This document shows positions 61,672 through 64,000 of a DNA stretch of 64,000 nucleotides, piece by piece; position 1 is the stretch's first letter, and every line of letters starts with the position of its first letter. Source of the DNA: Euglena gracilis. Its lineage: Eukaryota. The position numbers and the translations under genes are program-made. Location: positions 24,564,954 through 24,628,953 of the forward strand of contig CP154954.1 in NCBI GenBank assembly GCA_039621445.1, written 5' to 3'. The notes beneath the pieces were generated by a model. It had not been told where the DNA came from and did no database searches. It worked only from the letters and a program-made list of their open reading frames with translations.

Positions 61672-64000
61672 AACGGACGGAATTACGACCGGACTCGCGT
61701 TTTTGTGGGAGGGGCCCAGCAACAGAGCATTGGCTGAAGCCCATCCACCACAGTGCCCACCGGTCAAGCAACCCGCCTTGGCTCGAAGGACCGACCCCCA
61801 TGCCGCCCCGGCCCTAAACCGCCTTCCCCCACCGCTGCCCCATCTCTTTCTCAGCGATTTCAACGCCCGGGGAGGGTCCCGAGGCCGTCCGCCCAATCCC
61901 AGGTGCCCTGAGAGCATTTCCGGGAGCATTTGCTTCCCCCTCCATTTCAGGCTTCTTTTTAAGTCAAGCAATTGCTTAAGCACTGACCGACCCCCCCCCC
62001 CGGGGTGACTGGTTTTTTCAGAGTGACTGACTGGTTTTTAACCCGGACCCCCTCCCCCCCCGGGGGGGGGGGGGGTCGGCCAGGAGTAGGCAAAAGCGGC
62101 TTGAGTGACCCCGGCGCCAAAGGCGCCGGAAATTTTTTTTTGGCCTAAAATGGCCTAAAGTGACTGGAAAGTGGCCGTTTTTCTGAGTGGCCGACCCCCC
62201 CCCCCAGGGGTTAGTGACTGGTTTTTTTGAAAATGAGTGACTGACTGGTTTTTTTTAAAAAAAAAGTGGAGTGACCCCCCTCCTCCCCCCCGGGGGTCGG
62301 TAAAAAATTGTATGGTCAGAAGACCCCACCCCGGGGGGGGGGGGGTCTGGGGCCGGACCCCGAGGGGGTCCCAGGCCGGAGGCCCAGGTATGGGTTTCGG
62401 AGCAAAGCGCCGAAAATTTTTTGTGAAATTGTCAAGGCAGGCTGGGTCGGTGGGGGCCCCCCCCCGGAGTCTTAAAGAGAAGCCCGCCCCACTTGGCTTG
62501 CCCACTGGAACAAGTGAGAGGGTGTTTAATTTCCATTTATTTTCAATTGGATTTTGGCTTTAAACTACTGCCCCCGGGGGGAGGGTGAACGACCCGGAAA
62601 TTTGTCTTTCTGTCCAAAAAGGCCATACATCAAAGCATGTTGGTCAACGTCCAAAAAAGGTTCTTCTGTGCCTTCGGTGCCGAGTAGCCGGGTGGGGCGG
62701 CATCCTGGTCTACTCCGCCCCCCCCCCCTGGGCCAAAAACCAGTCAGTCACTCCGAAAAAACCAGTCAGTCACCTCCCCCCGCACACACCTTAAGCAATG
62801 GGCCCCCCCATGGAGGGATGAAGTGGTGAATGGATTTTGAAAAGCAATTGATTGGCTTTTTGAGAGAAGACAGTGACAGACCCCGGGGGGAGAGGGAGGG
62901 AGAGACACGGTTGTGTTCACTGGTGAGGTGGAGATTCGTGACAAGCTTCCCCGGCAGGCCTGAACCCAAGGCACCAGAAACTTTTTTTCCGGTTTAATGC
63001 AATTCTCTGCGTTTTCCCCCCCATAGCTAGCATATGCGATTTTCCAAATTTCTCCGAAGGTGTGCCAAAGAAAAAAAGTTTCAATGTCTTGAGGAAATTG
63101 GGTAATTTGTGTGTGGTGGCTCTTTTTTCATGGATGGTTATATAGGAAGAAGGATTCTGCTTGCCCCCCCCCTCGGCCCTTGGACCTCCGGCGCTTGGCG
63201 CTTGGCTTGGCCTCCTTTCACGCAAACCTGTCCAAAATTTCGCCCTAAATTTTTTCTATCTTTGGCCCCATGTTGAATCGAAAACATTTGAATGGGACAA
63301 ATTGGCACCCAGCATTGAAAAAATTCTGGCCGTTGGTCCCAGAATCTTTGTTTGCTTTTCAAAGGTTTGACAGTTTTTCTGACTTTGCATGGATGCCAAC
63401 AACATCAACAACGTCCATTTTTTTGCATTTTTGGGGGGGGCATTCCACTCTGCATTTTTTGTGTATATTCGAAGCCCCTTCTCCGCCCTCCCAGGTCCTA
63501 AGAATTACTCTGCCTCCCCCCACTCACCCTCTCATTTTTGACCACAGTGGACATCACTTCCCAACCCACCCAACCCCACCCCCCTGCTGGTCCCTCCCCA
63601 GCAGCCATCGGCGCGTGCCGCCCCGTTTCTTTCTCAACTCGAGCCCAACGCTGTGCCCCCCCCCCACAGTGACTCCCGAAGCGGCTGGTCTTTGGACTGT
63701 GGTCGCTATGGGCAATGTCAGATTGCGGAACCAGTACCGCATAGGGGATGCTGACGCACGGTGTGCGGCACGGTGTGCACGGTGTGCCACACGGTGTGCC
63801 GCATACCGTGCGTCGGCATCCCCATGGCAGTGATGAGTACGACAGTGGCGGCAGCCCTGCCGCCGTTTTGTTCTACGTTTGTGTGAGTTTCTAATTTGGG
63901 TTTTCCAGTTTTGGTACCTGCACGCCGACGTGCCCCTGACCATCCATGTGGCTTCCACTCTACAGGGCGGGGGTAAACCAGTTTGGTTATCTATGGGCAG

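Overview
This is eukaryotic, repeat-saturated genomic DNA, most likely from a euglenid: it carries short GT-AG introns, introns matching the euglenid nonconventional stem-loop consensus, and polypyrimidine-AG acceptors just before start codons. Most long ORFs in the track are microsatellite artefacts. Supported content: (1) two paralogous multi-exon host genes starting MGCA(S/A)S (about 3748-5624 and 43223-49680); (2) an apparently intact pogo-type DD35D transposon (10771-13860, TA duplication confirmed by empty sites) whose transposase frame needs both intron types; (3) many nested MITEs, some TA-targeting and some hAT-like CAG...CTG elements with 7-9 bp TSDs; (4) three copies of an element with asymmetric inverted ends that carries expanding satellites; (5) a 4-kb TIR element (49773-53786, 5-bp TSD) carrying a CRESS-DNA virus rep/cap fragment and other foreign-looking segments between 30-bp palindromes. 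Two leads stand out. The nonconventional introns have the geometry of a hAT-like element plus one TSD, and the TIR element may be a virus-capturing element. All splice models and family assignments were made by eye and are unverified.
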